Positions 32,199 to 46,202 are shown, counted from the stretch's first letter. The stretch is 64,000 nucleotides of DNA from Trichodelitschia bisporula (GCA_010356995.1 ML996694.1:805224-869223); one strand, 5' to 3'. Numbers and translations: made by a program. Notes: a model not told the origin generated them from the sequence alone.

Positions 32199-35100
32199 AT
32201 ACCCGCCTGAGGATGACGAGAGGGTGGGGAATTGTACATTCTATTGGCCCGGAAGGGTGATTTTCTGATACTCAAATTTTGCGACTGTTGAGCTTGGTTG
32301 TTTTGTGACGGTTTACGGCCTTCAGTGGTCGAGGTGAAGCCCGATGGAACAGTGTGGCTTTCATTCTCCATCATTTTCATCATGCGCCTATTTCTCAGTT
32401 GGCATACGCCCGCATGGCGGGCTAGTCGTCCGTATTTGACGTCGTACCAAGCTTCCGAATCGTTCATGTCATTGGTTCTGCATCAAGCTTTGGTCCGCGT
32501 AATCTATTTCGTCACAAGTAAACGCCGGTTAGTGTGGGGAAGCAACAACCTTCGACACCACGTTTCAAGGGTGTTCCTAGGGCTTCTACCGGAGTGACGG
32601 AAGGCCCATTTCTGTAGATTGTAGGTTCCTTAAGATAGAAGGTGGTTTGCTGGCGCGACCGACCGATGGAACGGTCGTACTCGTTTTAGGCTGCTTAAAT
32701 CGTGATTGGTGAAGGAGTTGTGGTTGAAGTTAGCCTTTCGCCTGCCCTTAACTGCGAGTACGTCGGATTCGCGTACGGCATGACTGACCGGATGACGAGA
32801 TTTGTGGTTATTGTGTTGTGGTCGCTTGACTGAGGCGAGGCTGAACCGCTGCCCCCCCCCCCCCAAAAGCCAAGGGTGTCCCAGACGGCTCAGATCCCCG
32901 AAAGCTTGATGGCGAAACTGATCATCGTCCGTCGGCTTCAACCATCACATCGATTGCGGCAGCTTCTGTATTTGACTCCATGGAGGCATTTGGATCTCGA
33001 CTAGTGCTTTGAAACAGTCTTGCCATTACCTAGTCATCTGTGGTGGGACCATGTAGACGTCATAGGTAGGTGGGTTAGGGGTCTCAGCCCCGGAGGAAGC
33101 GGTGATGAGCTCAGGCCGGGTACTTGCAGCAACCGCACACAAAATTTTCTCCTTCCCATACCACGACATATCCTCAAAATTTTACTTGTATCGCGTTCTC
33201 TGCTGCAAGCCATTCTTATGCAGAGTCATTCGGCACAACCTCCCCGCCCGAGCTTCTCTGGGAAACTGCCCACGGCGGTAGACACTGAAGGGGACGAGAA
33301 GCCGAAACCATGCCCGCTTCAGCACATTTCTCACACGCACTTACTTATGTACAGACGTAAGCATTTTTGATCTCGTGTGCTTGAGCTTTATCAAGCAGCA
33401 AAGGCCCACCGTAACGCCCGTGCCACGAAAGCAAACGCCCTGAAGCATACCTCCAAAGGCGCCTCACATTGAGTTCCTACCGCTTCAGTCGACCGTGGCC
33501 CGGCTCTTCTCACACTGGTTCTCGGAATAAAATTTGAAAGACTGGGCACACCACGGGGTGCTGTTATGGCCATGCTGGATAACGCCCTGCAGATGCTGTC
33601 GCAGCGGGGCATAGCTTTGCGGCTCCGCTTTATTTGCCTTTCTCTGGCACGGCAAGGCTAGACATCGGGCGTAGCTTCCAAGCTGGACTCGTGCAGTCAG
33701 GCTGAGCTCGATGCTCGATTTGGCATGTGGAGCATATGCAGGCACTCGGGAGACTGCCGGATTGTTTACATCGTTTCATTGACTTTCGTCCACTGATCTA
33801 GGGTATGGTGCTGCACTCCCTGAGCTTCGCCGAGCTCTAGACAATTTCTGAGCTTTACTGAAGGCCAGACGATGGACTGCCATCGCTTGTTTGGTCCGCA
33901 AAGGTCGATGGCAGGCTTACAACTGCGTCATTTGCCGCCTGGCCAACCAAACGGACAGTGAGAAAGAGGGACCAATGATAGGAGGTTCCTTTTGATTGAA
34001 GGATTCCGTCTTCTCACGACTTCCACTCGTCGAGTGATGCTTGACTGTATCACCGGAAGGATTCGTAGCAGCGCATCTCGCGGAGGAGGCGATATGACAG
34101 TACCGGAGCACCGAGATCAGCGCCTGCGCCCCCGCGTGATAACAGTCAGACCGCAACACCGAGCACAATCGTTGAATGGTAATATCTCGCCGCCTCAAAG
34201 GTCTAGCCACTCCCAAGTTGCCGATGTCGACATCGGGTGCAACCACTCCCCGGGTAGGCGGTACGGTAGGCTACCGAGACACCACCACTCAGCAGCACCA
34301 ATTCTCATCAACCACTCCTCTCGCCCCTCTATCCGCATTTTACCGGTTTGTCAGCGCCGTCATCGCCGCCCGCCCCAGCGCGACTGGTCTCAACCACGAC
34401 CTCGCTCTCGTGCAATCTCGGGCATCAAACCCGCGCCAAGGCTCTCCGCCCAATGACCAGCGCACCGCTCGACCTACCAGCGCATAGCGGACGCGCAGCT
34501 CCACGTGCCGAGTAGAAACAGAGCGAAGCAGCGCAGAGGCGACGCTCCATCCCACGCCCTCCCGCCAAATGGCCGCGGAGAACTACCGCAGAAAAAATCT
34601 CTCACAGGCCGACTAACCTTACGAGTGCCCCGCGCCCGTTCGCACGGCTCGCAATGCACGCTTCGCATTAAACGGAAACGCGCGTGCTCGCACTGGCTCA
34701 CGTTGCGCTGGTCGTGCAGCAGTGGCAGCCGAGCCCGTCACGTCGTGGTGTCGCTGCGCCAGTCACGACGTTCCACGGAGCGGCCAGGCGGTGTGGCTGG
34801 GAGATGGCTGGGCGGTCGCGGACGTCACGCTCTGGGGTTGCCCTTGGCTAAAGCCCGTTGTTTGGGGAGATCGCCTGCGATGTCGGGCCAGTTGCAGTAA
34901 TGCATGTTGTGGATTGGGGAATGAGAAAGATCCTCGCGTTACCACAGTCCAGTGTGGACGACGTTGGATGGCTGCAGCGAGGTCTGCGGGTGCGCCGCGG
35001 CCTATTCGGCTCTGCTTCCGCCTATGGCACGAAGCCGAGCTCGGGCTTGCGCCAGCGCGTGCGCATCACAGCCAGTGCTCGCCCGTCCGCCTCCGACGTC

Positions 35101-35644
35101 TCTGACCTCACCACGGACGAAGGCGGACTGAAGGCAACCTTCAGCGCTCCCGTCATTTCTCAATTGCCACCGGCGCAGGGCACCAACAATGGCTCTACGA
35201 TTTTTCCGCCCTCATACTGACCGCGCTGGCCGTTGGCCTAGAAGTGTTCTGCTGGCTGAGTGGCCGTCGCCAAATGCCGTGTCGGCCCGCTATTGGATCG
35301 CGGGCTCGCCAGCGCATCATTGGCCCGGAGTGCTGAGCAATGCCGGTCCAGCCTGGTCCCCCGCGAAGTGGGATATATGCCAGACGACCATGACTGACTT
35401 TGCCGCCGGTTTTTCCTCTTCGGATTGAAGCTAGCTTACACCGTACATGCCGATGGTCTGGAGCTGCATCTGCCCCCACTGAGCTTAGCGGTCCAGCCCC
35501 TTCTGAGCTGAATTGGTGATCGCTTCACGCTGCTGTACCCGAGCTTCCCCCCACCAGCAACGAGCACCAACCAGCACGCCCGCGCGACATCACGCCGAAA
35601 AGTAATAGCTCACGCGTGTGCATCCAGTGCGCAGAAACGGCAGC

Positions 35645-38600
35645 ATGACAAGCCTTTTCACTAGGTCTGCACGGCCTAGCGTCGAGTAAGTCTCCCCACC
35701 TGCACTCGCATCTTCCCCGCCTTTATACATCCCCTCCACCTCCCCGCACTCAATTCAGTCCCTGCATAACCCTCCCCGCCTAAAAGAACCCCGCCTAACA
35801 CCCCCAGCACTCCCCGCACCCCAGATCCACCCCCCGCCCTCCCACCTCTATCCTTCGACTTCCCAGCCTCGCGACCCGAGTCTCTCGCGGGTAGATCTGA
35901 GACCCCGACGTCGCCGACCCAAGTTCCCCTTCCAGAAACCCCTCCGCCCCGCCCGCGCCGTGTTCCCGCCGTCCCACCCAAGGACTCCAAGACCCGTATC
36001 CCTGTCCCGCCGCGCCACTCTTCGGCCCGCAAGCACGTCCCGGGCCGCGCGGGGAGCCCCGGCCCGCGCAACACCCCCGGCATGCAGAGTCCGGGCGTCC
36101 AAAGCCCCATCCAAAGCTCCGGCACACAAACACCCAGCCCCGCTCCAGACATGGCCACCCCCAAGCCCAGCCACGCGCGGCACGACTCGGCCCTGCCGGC
36201 CCTGTTCGGCAGCCCGCCCGCCACGCCTGTCGGTCCGGCCCCTGCCCCGGCCCAGGCAGCTGCGCCGTCTGATCCCCGTGGCCGTGCCGAACGCCCACAA
36301 CCGCCGCCGCATCGGCGGAGTAAGAGTCTGCGCGAGGCGTATCACCGTATCTTTCGCAAGGAGAGTGATCGGCGCGGGAGTCGAACTGTGGCGCCGGAGG
36401 AGGTCAGGGCGCTCAGAGAGGAGATTCCGCCTGTACCGGCTGTGCCGGAGGGATTGGAGGCTGCTGTGGGTGAGCCGGCTGCACCGGAGGTAGCGTCGCC
36501 GGGAGTGGTGTCGCCTCCGGCTCCCGAAGAGGATGAGATGGGTCGGTTGAAGAAGCTGGTCCGCCGGTATGAGAAACAGCTTGAGGAGGCGAGCAACATG
36601 ATCCTCCTGCAGGACAAGCTGCTCGTACGGCTGGAGAAGCAAACTGGAAAGGTACACTCCTCCCATCCCTCCTTCCACACCCTCATTCTAATGCCACCCA
36701 GCTCCCCATGGGAGCCGTTCAGCCGACCTCGCCCTCCGCCCCTGACGGACCCGGCCTACCCATCGCCGCCCCGCCCTCCTTGAGCACTTCACTGAACACC
36801 TCCTCTCTCCCTGGCACCTCCCTCGCAGCCTCCACCTACGCACCCTCATTCAGCACCGCCCGCGACGACCCCTCCGCCCTGTCCACTCCCACCCAGACCG
36901 ATTTCGAGCGCGAAATTCCAGACATGCAGGCGCACGTGAAGCGCCTATCAACGCTGCCTGAGCTCGGCGCCGCGGGCGACGCACTTGAGGCTGCAGGTCT
37001 GAAGCGCGAAGTCGAGGATTTGAAGCGCAAGGCAGAGGATGCGGAGGCCAAGGCGCAAGCCCTCGAGACGGAGCTGCAGAGCAGCAAGGCCGCTGCGACT
37101 GGCCTTGATGCCGCGCAGGCTAAGATTGCCGGCTTGCAGGCCGACATCGACGCTGCGCGTGCTGCGGCCGAAGGCCTGAAGGCGGACCTGGCCGCTGCGC
37201 AGGAAGCGACCCAGCGGCTGGGGAAGGAGAAGGACGATCTCTCCGCCACGCATGCCGCCGTGCTCGCCGCGCACGAAAAGGAAACGGCAGACCTGAACTC
37301 CACCCACGCCGCCGCGCTTGCCACCAAGGATACCGAATTCGTCAGTCTGACCGCCGCGCACGAGGCAGCCATCGCGGCTAAAGACGCTGAAAAGACAGAC
37401 CTGCTCAGCGTGCACGAAGCCGCCCTGGCGTCCCGTGATATCCCGGATCCGGAACTTCTCGCGAACCACGAGGCGGCGCTGGCGGCCAAGGATGCGGAGC
37501 GCGAGGCGCTGGCTACCAGCCATGCCGATGCGCTTACTGCTCGCGCCACGGAAATTGAGGCGCTGAAGGCGGAGCATGCGGGTGCACTGGCGGAGAAGGA
37601 GAGCAGAGTGCAGGAGTCGGATGCGCACCATCAGGATGTGCTGGCTGAGTTGGGGCGTGTGAAAGAGGAACTCCACGCGAAGACCGAGGAGCTCGAAACG
37701 CTAAAGGCGCATACCGAGGCGAAGTCCACCGAACTCGATGCCCTGCGCGCGGAACTGGCCAGCGCGAAGGAAGCACACGCCACGGCGGCGGCCGAGTTGG
37801 ACGGTGCGCAGACGCGGGCCACGGATCTGGCGGCGGAGCTGGCTGTAAAAGATGCTGCGCTGCAGGCGGCCGAGAAGGAGAAGAAGGAGTTGGAGACGGG
37901 GCTGGGGCAGTTGAAGGAGAAGTTGGAGGAGAATTCGCGGATCTTGAAGGAGCTGGATGATACGCACCATGACGAGGGAAGCGCGTATCGCGCGCTGGAG
38001 AATGCGGTGCAGGAGATGAGGGAGAAGAAAGAAGGTGATTCGGGGCATGAGGGGCTGAAGGCCGCGGGCGTTGCGGCGGGTGTGCTTGGTGTTGGCGCGG
38101 CGGGGGCGTGGGGCGTGAGCAAAGCGCTGGAGGATGATGATGAGGCTCCATCCGCCCTTGCGGAGCCCGAGGCTGAAGCCACACCCGTTGCCGAACCCGC
38201 CGAACCTGCCGCCGTCGAGTCTGAAGCCCCTGTCGAAGCGCCTACTGCCGAGGAGCCCGTCGAGCACGCAACCTCGGATGAGCCTAACGAGGTCTCAGAC
38301 GAAGCTGTGGCTCCGGACCCTGCCACAGAAGCCGTAGCCGATGTCCCAGCCGAAGCAGCGTCCCACGAAGCCGCGGAGCGAGAAGCCGAACTCACCGAGG
38401 CGGTTCCCACCGAGCAGGCCCCTACCGAATTGCCTGAGGCTGCCGAGTCCAAACCGGAGCCCGCTTCCACCGAACCCGTTGAGGACGCGACCGCTGTTGA
38501 CGCCGAGCCAGAGGCACTCGCCGAAGCTTCTGTCGAGGAGTCAACCGAGGCCATACCCGAATCTGCCGCTACTGAGGAGCCTGCCGCGGATGAACATGTC

Positions 38601-41600
38601 GGGCATGGGACAGACGCCCTTACCGCAGATGAGCCGACCGAGGTTGCAGCTGAGGCCGCTACCACCGAGCCAACCACTGAAGCCGTGGCCGATGAGCCGG
38701 CCGATGAAACCCTCCCGCAAGCGGTGGAGCGAGAAGTCGAACTCGCCGAGGATGTTCCCGCCGTGTCACCTGAGGTTGCTGAGCCAGAGACGGAACCCGC
38801 TTCCGCCGCCGAACCTGCTGACGAAGCAGCCGCCGAAGCTCCTATCGTCGAGGAGTCTACCGAGGCCACCGACGAAGCTGTCACTGCCGAGGAACCTTCC
38901 GCGGATGAACTTGCTGAACACGCGACAGAAGCGCCCATCGCAGATGAGTCGACAGAGGCCGTGCCCGAGGCTCTCGCCATCCAGCCTGTCGCCGAAGCCC
39001 GAGCTGAATCCGAACCCACAGCTGAGGAAACTGTCCTGCAACCGTTGGAGCGGGAAGTCAAGCCCGCCGAGGAGGCGACCGAGATCACAACGGCAGAGCC
39101 AGGATCCGCTCCTGCTGTGGAATCCGTCCAGGAAGCAGCTGCTAAAGAGACTGAGCTGAAGGTACCCGCTGAGGCCGTGCTTGAGGAGTCCGCTATCGTG
39201 CCGCTAGAACATGAGGCTGGAGCTGCCGAAGCCGAGGCTACACCGGTCGAGGAACCCGCCGCCGAAGCTTCCGCTGCTGAAGCCGAGCCCGAGGCGTCGA
39301 TTGATGCCTCCGCTGTCGAAGCGGAGCCCGAAGCACCCGTNNNNNNNNNNNNNNNNNNNNNNNNNNNNNNNNNNNNNNNNNNNNNNNNNNNNNNNNNNNN
39401 NNNNNNNNNNNNNNNNNNNNNNNNNNNNNNNNNNNNNNNNNNNNNNNNNNNNNNNNNNNNNNNNNTGCTGAAGCCGAGCCCGAGGCGTCGATTGATGCCT
39501 CCGCTGTCGAAGCGGAGCCCGAAGCACCCGTCGATGACCCCACTGCTGACGCCGAGCCCGAATCCTCTGTTGATGCCCCTGCCGCCAAAGTCGAGCCCGA
39601 ACCATCTACTCTCGCCGAAGATCACCACGGCCTAGCCATCGGAGGCGCAGCTCTTGTCGGTACTGCAATTGCGGGGGCGGCATATGCTGCCACAAAAGAC
39701 GACGAAGAGCCAACTGCTGAGTCCGAGGCTCCCGCCATTGAAGCTGCTTCAGAGCCCGTTGTTGAAACCGCTGCACATCCCACTGCTGAAGGAACTGTTG
39801 ATGATCCGGTGGTGCGCTCGGTTGATGACACGGCTGCCGAGGCTTATGCACCGACTACAGATGCTGAGATCCCAGCACCGGCATCCGAGGAAACAGCCAA
39901 GGAGTCCGCCGAAGCTCCTGCTGCGGAGGAACCAGCAGCTGAAGAACGAGCCACTGAGGAGCCAACCATCGAAGAGCCTGGGGTTGATGCACCGACAGCC
40001 GAAGCCGTCGAGGCTGAAGCCACGCAGGTAGAGTCAGCTGCTATTGAGGAGCCTGTTGCAGAAACCCCCGCCGCTGAAGCGCCTGTCACCCAGGTTGTCA
40101 ACGAAGAGCCCTCCGCAGAGGAACCTGCCGCGGAAACTGCAACTGAGGCGCCTGTTGCTGAAGCCGAGATCCCGGAACCAGTTGCCGAAGCTGGCCCTGC
40201 CGACGAACTCATTCCCGAAGCGCCCTCAGTTGAGGCTGCCAAGGAAGAGCCTGCCGCCGATGCCGCCGGTGAGCCTATCACCAAGGCCACTGCTGGAGTG
40301 CCTGTTGCCGAGACGGAGGCCCCTGAGCCCGTCACTGAAGAGGCCGAAAGGGCTATCCCAGTCGAGGAGGCCGTTGCCGAAGCTGCCCCCGCTGAAGAGG
40401 TTGAGGAGGCTGTTGCTGAAGCCCCTGCTGAGGTTGTTGAGGAGCCAGTTGCTGAAGTTCCGGTCGAGATTGTTGAGGACGCACCTGCCAAGACACCCGC
40501 TGAGAAGGCCGGCGAGGAGTCGGTCGCTGACGATACAGCGGCCGAGGAGATTCCGGTTCATGAATCTGTGGCCGAGGACTTCCACCAGTCTGAGGTTGAG
40601 CCTACTGTCACTGAAGAACACCCCACCCGCGCCCTTGTTCAAGAAACCATCTCGACCGAAGCCCAAGTTGATTCTGAACCCATCGAGACTCCAGCCACTG
40701 AAGAACTCACTTCTGAGCACGTAGATGAGGAAGCGTCGCCAAAGGAGCTTGAGGCCGAGGAGCCTGCCGCCGAGAGCGTGCCTACCGAGGAACCTGCTCC
40801 TGCAGACCCTGCTGCCGAAGAGCCTGTCGCCCTCAGCGAGCCTGCTCTTGAAGAGCCCTCCGCTGCCGAAGCGGCCGCGCCTGCGGAGGAGCTCACCAGC
40901 AGTGAACACATCTCAGACGAGGCTCCCACTAGCGACGAGGCTGTTGCTGAAAATCCCTCCGATGATGTGAAAGCAGCCCCTGTCGAGGATCTCGCTGTTG
41001 AGGAACCAGTGGCTGAAGCCGCCGCCGAAGAGCCCGCCGCAGAATCGGCTGTTGAGGAGCACGTCGAAGCCGATCACCCTGTTGCTATCGAGGAGCCGGC
41101 TGTTGAGTCCGCCGCTGATGTCGCCCCAGAACTCGCTACTGAACCAGCTGCCGAGCCCACCACAGAGCCGGATGCTGTTCATGACGTCACCCCCACCGAA
41201 CGGGGTGCTGTCGTCGAGGAATTTTCAGATGCTCCAACCACCGTTGGACCCATTGTCTCCGAGACCGATGATGCAGAGCCTGCCCTCGAAGAACCCACTG
41301 CGGCCGAAACCGTGGTCGAAGAGCATGCAGCTCCCGAAGAGCTGGAGACGAGGGAAATTGCGTCGGATGCGGCTGCAACTGAAGTGCCCGAAGTTACACC
41401 TCCTGCCGATGAACCAGAGGGCAAAAGGAGCGATTGGGCCGCTTACGAAACACCCGGGCCTGTTGATTTTTCAGACCGAGTGGCAGCCGAGTCCGTCGAT
41501 GAACCTGTCAACGTGGACCCTGTGGCCGACAATGATGACGAGGTCGTTGAGCCCGCGCCCTCAGTCGAGGAGCCAACTGTTGTGGGCGCGCCAGTGGAGG

Positions 41601-44600
41601 AGCCTGCGGAAGAGGCGACTCCAAAGGAAGAGCGTGACTTGGCCGGTGAGCCTCTTCCTGAAGAGACGCCCTCAGAATCCCTTGCCGAGGCTGCTCCACA
41701 TGTCGAAGAGCCCACCGCTGCCGACGAGCCAACTGCTTCCGAAGTCTCCGCTGTTGAAGATGCTGTTGCGGAGTCAATCCCTACCGAGGCTCCGTCAACG
41801 GAAGTCGATGAGCCTGCAGCTGTTGAGGTCCCAACTGAGGCAGAAGCATCCGCGGTTCCTGACCTCACTGAAGAACCGGTACATGAGGCACCTACCGCTG
41901 AAGAGCCGCTTGCCGAGCACCCGGTCGACGAAACGCCGGCCGAAAAATCTGCTGTTGCTGAGGAGGAGCCCTCTCCCGCAGAGCCGGTAGTCGAAGCTGT
42001 GGAACTGCCAGCCGTTGAAGAGCCTGCCGAAGAGGCAACTTCAGAGGAACTGGCATCAGCGGATGGGCCTGCGGCGGAGGAGCCTGCTAGTGAGCCATCA
42101 CCGGAAGAACTTGCCACTGAGCCTACAGCCGAGGAACCTGTCGCTGAAGCGCCTGTTGCCGAGGGGTCAGTCACCGAACCAGTTGCTGAAGAATCGGGTG
42201 CCTCTGAGAAACCGACTTGCACCGAAGCACCTGCAGTTGCTGAGCATCCTACTCCTGTGGATGAACCCACCCCTGTTGAGGAGCCCGCTTCCAAGAAAGA
42301 GCTTGCCATCGAAGAGCCCTCCACGAAAGAAGCGGTTGCCGCTCAGGAAACGCCAGCCGCTGAGGAGCCGGCTACAGTTGATGGCTCCCCTGTGGAAGAA
42401 CCTGCAGCTGTCGAAGGTTATGAAACTGCTGATGGGCCAGAAGTTGAGGCGGCGGTGTCCGAGCATGCCGTTGATGAGCATCCTCTTGACAAAGCGGTTG
42501 ACGAGACTCCTGATGTCGAGGAAGCTGCAATCCCGGAATCTACTCCGCTTGACATTGTTGATCCTCAAGAACCTGATGTTGAGGGGGCTGCGGTTGTGCC
42601 CGAGACAGTCACCGCCGAGTCCGCGGCAGCTGAGCATGCGGAAGAGCCCGCAACCACCGACAAGCCTGTTGCTGTCGAAGAGCCGACCGGCGATGCGACC
42701 GAGTCAGCGACTGAAGAGTCCCTTCCAACCAACGATCCAGTGGAGGAAAACGTTGCTGAAGCTGAGAAGACCCCACTGGTTGAAGAAACAGCGCCTGTGG
42801 AGCCTGCTTCAGTCGAGGAACCTGATACTGCGGAAGAGCCCGTGGCCGTGGAAGAGACTGCTACCGCCGAACCCGTCGCTGTCGAAGAGCCCGCTCCTGC
42901 TGCTGACTATCCCATTGCTGTTGAGGAGCCCACCGCTGTTGAGGAGCCCGCCCCTGTCGAAGAACCTGTCGCGGTTGAGGAGCCTGTTGCGGTCGAGGAA
43001 CCTGCTGCGGTCGAGGAGCCGGTTGAGGTTGAGGAGCCTGTTGAGGTCGAAGAGCCTGTTGCGGTCGAGGAGCCTGTTGATGTCGAAGAGCCCGTCGCGA
43101 GCGTGGGGCCCACCATTACCGACGAGCCTCTGGCGGCTGAGAAATCCGAAGCTGTCGATGAGCCCAACGTCACTGATGAACCCGCCGTTACTCACGAGTC
43201 CGATGCCGTCGAGATGCATGACTCCGCTGAAAAGGAAGTAACCATTGAAGAGCCTACGGCAGTTGAAGAGCCTGCATCCGTCGAGGCCACCGCCGAGGAG
43301 CCTGAAGCCGTCGCTGAAGAATCTGCAGCTGTTGAGGAGTTTGCCACCGCCGAGGAGCCGTCCGCTACGGAGGAACCAGCTCCAGTTGAGCCTGGCACCG
43401 CCGATGAACCCGCTGCGGTTGAAGATTCTGAAGCTGAGCAAACCCTCGATACTTCTGCAATCGAGTCGGAGGAGCCGCCCGCCGAGAAAGCCATCGAAGC
43501 GGAGTCTACGGAACCCACTCCGGTCGTTGAAGGCCCTGCAACTCCAGAGTCCGTGGCTGTTGACGAGCCCTCTACTGTCGAAGAATCGGCCCCCACAGCG
43601 ACTGAAGAGTCCGCCGCGGTGCAAGAGCCAACCCTTGAGCCTGCTGCTGAAGTGCCTGAAGCTGAGGAGCTGGTCGCTTCCAATGCTTCTCCCGCTGAGC
43701 CAGAAGCTCCTGTCGAAGTCACCGCTAATACAGAAACCCAAGAGGCGGCTTCCGAGGCCGACGCTCCCGCGACTGCTCCGCTCGATGCTGAGGAGGCGTT
43801 TACTTACGAGCCTGTTGCTGAACCCACCGAGATTGCCGAAGATGCGGCCCCTGTTGAGCCTTCCACGGAGGCCGAAGTCACTCAGGCTCCCACTGCTGAA
43901 CCTAATGCTGCTGAGGAGACTGACGATGCTCCCACTGCTGAGCCTAAGGCTGTTGAAGAGACCGATGATGCTTCGACTGCTGAGTCAAAGGCTGTTGAGG
44001 AGACCGACAATACTCCGACTGCTGAGCCTGAGGCTGCTTCCGCTGAGGTAAAACGTGCAATGATTTTGATTAGGAACTGGCTAACTAGACACAGGATGAT
44101 TATGCGGCTCCGGCCGAGACAAAAGCATTAGACACAACTGAACCTGCAGCCGAAGAGTCAGTTGAGGTACCGGAAGATCCCGAAGCAGTGTTCCCGGTCC
44201 CGCAAGAGCAAGACGCCGCTCCGGGGACACCAGCGGCCGAGGAAGTCGCTGACGCCCAAGTCACTGAAGAGGAGACCGCTGCCCCGTCTCCGACCATTGA
44301 AGAAACTGCTGTAGCTGATAACGCCACCGCTCCGACGATTCCGGAAGAAGCTGAGGAAGCGCCTACCGCCGAGCCCCTCCCCGCCGTGGAGGAACCCGTT
44401 ACCGCAACGGAAGCAGTCGATGAAGCGCCTGTTGATGAACAAGAAAGTGCCATCAGAGATGCTCCGACTCCGCAGCCCGAGCAGGAAGATACTGAAGCGG
44501 CTTTGATTACGGAAACACCTGCCATCGAAGAGCCAGCGGTTCCCGATGAGGCTCCCGCTGCAGCAGAACATGATACATCCGCTGGGGAAGATTCCGGGGC

Positions 44601-45474
44601 AGTCGATACTGTCATTCCCGAAGACGGCCCTACTGCCGAGGAGCATATCGCCTCTGAAGCACCGGCAGCGGGGAGCGCCGCTCATGCTGAGGAGCCCGTT
44701 GCTGAGGTTCACGACGCTTCTGCCCCAGCAGACACAACTGAGGCTGAAACAACTGCATCTGTCGACGAACCGGCCAATATCGAGGAGCCGGCTGCGGAGG
44801 GGTCTGAAGCGGAAGGGCCGACCCCAGCCGCCGCTGAAGATGTTCCAGAGGCCGTCCATGCTGTCCAGGAGCCTGAAATGGAAGCCTCCACCGCCGAGCC
44901 CGAGGAGGCCGTGGTCGCCGATCCCGCTATTGATGACGAGTCGATCCCCGATGACTTGTCCCCCAAAGCTGAAGAACCGGAGGAGGCGGCCGTTCCCGAT
45001 AAGACCGCCACGGAGACTGCTCCTACTGAGGAGATTGCAGCCGTGCAAGCCGAGGATTTCGCTGCCGAAGATGATAAGCCGGGCCCAGAAATCGCTCCCG
45101 CAGAACCAAAGACTGAACCTGTCGAGACAACTGAGACTGCCCGTGAAGCGGAGCCCGCTTCTACGGCACCGGTGGCTGAGGAGCCGGTTTCTGGAGAGGA
45201 GAAGCCGGTTGCCGAGCCCGAAACCAAGGAGTCCGAGAGTGAACACGAGGGTACCGAGCCCGAGGAGTCATCAACACCTGGGACTCTTGAGGAGCCAGTC
45301 GGTAGTGCCGATGGCACTTCAGCCGATAAAGCACCCGAGAAGGAGCACTCCAAGTTTGGGGGTCTGCTGCACAAGGCGAAGAAAGCCATCGTCGAGCACA
45401 TCCCCGGGCATCATGGTGATGCCAAGGCCGCAGACCCAGTGGTCGTTGCGGAAGAAATTGATGAAAAGGCCTGA
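35645..45474 (+). CDS. Giant (~3,100 aa) coiled-coil plus Glu/Ala/Pro-rich repeat protein (introns 35686-35807, 36652-36701, 44048-44094)
   Basis: Three GT-AG introns with branch sites join the 36082, 36708, 39809 and 44188 ORFs in frame. The only break is at the N gap. Confidence 0.8.
39341..39465. other. Assembly gap (125 N) flanked by identical 66-nt sequences
   Basis: 39275-39340 is identical to 39466-39531. Confidence 0.95.
42915..43100 (+). repeat. 18-nt coding minisatellite (VEEPxA/E)n
   Basis: About ten consecutive VEEPxx hexapeptide units. Confidence 0.85.
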
Positions 45475-45782
45475 GCCTATCGGACTCATTGTAAGTAAGG
45501 CCGACAAAAGTTGTACATACCGGTTGGAGATGATGGGAATTTGCTATGCGGTCGGTGGATGTTTATTTCTTTTTTGGATTGTTTTGGCATGAAACTTGGA
45601 TGACAGATTTCACATTTGGTCTGTGATGCTTTGACGTTGAATGGCAAGAGCCCAAGGGCTCGCAATGGTTATGTAGTATGATTCAATGTTTTTCTTGTTT
45701 TGCCTTTTGATTAGAATCACAATGTGTATAGATTTAGCAATGCTTACAAGTTCATCGGTTCTTCTCATATGGGCTCTCCAAT

Positions 45783-46202
45783 CTATGCGCAATGCGACCA
45801 GTCTATCCAACTTTCCCATTCCTCCTCTTCGTCACCATTGCTCTTCTTATGCAGCTGATCTCCAGCCGAGTCCACAAGGTCCCTTTGCTCTTGATCTCCA
45901 GTCGAGTACGCAGGTTCATTTGGCTGCTGATCTCCGCCTGAGACCACGAGGGGGTTCTCCCTGCCATATGGCGTGTTTTGCGGGTTCCAGTTTGTCGTCG
46001 CCAGCAAGGCCCTATCGTAAGGGGGGGCCCAATCATCGTCATCGTCATCGTCATCGGGCGGATCGAACATAGATTTAGGACAGGGCCAGCCCCTGAGGAA
46101 GCTGGGACAGGGCGTGCCATTGAAAGAGTTGTGACAAGACATGCCCTTCTTGTAGTTGGCACAGGGCGTGCCCTTCTTGTAGTTGGCAAAGGGCGTGCTC
46201 AT
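45783..46202 (-). CDS. Orphan 139-aa protein with Cys-containing repeats and an acidic tail
   Basis: TPFANYKKG-TPCANYKKG (27-nt duplication), PCPSFLRGWPCP, a poly-Asp run and three GDQ repeats. Confidence 0.45.
   Translation of the reverse strand: MSTPFANYKKGTPCANYKKGMSCHNSFNGTPCPSFLRGWPCPKSMFDPPDDDDDDDDWAPPYDRALLATTNWNPQNTPYGRENPLVVSGGDQQPNEPAYSTGDQEQRDLVDSAGDQLHKKSNGDEEEEWESWIDWSHCA

Noticed and set aside
33900..35480. Overlapping 100-150 aa ORFs
   Set aside because: No motifs, splice support or coding-like composition; expected by chance in GC-rich DNA.
37631..45401. Long Ser/Ala-rich minus-strand ORFs (e.g. 37631-39628, 41443-42324)
   Set aside because: Antisense shadows of the repetitive Glu/Ala/Pro gene.
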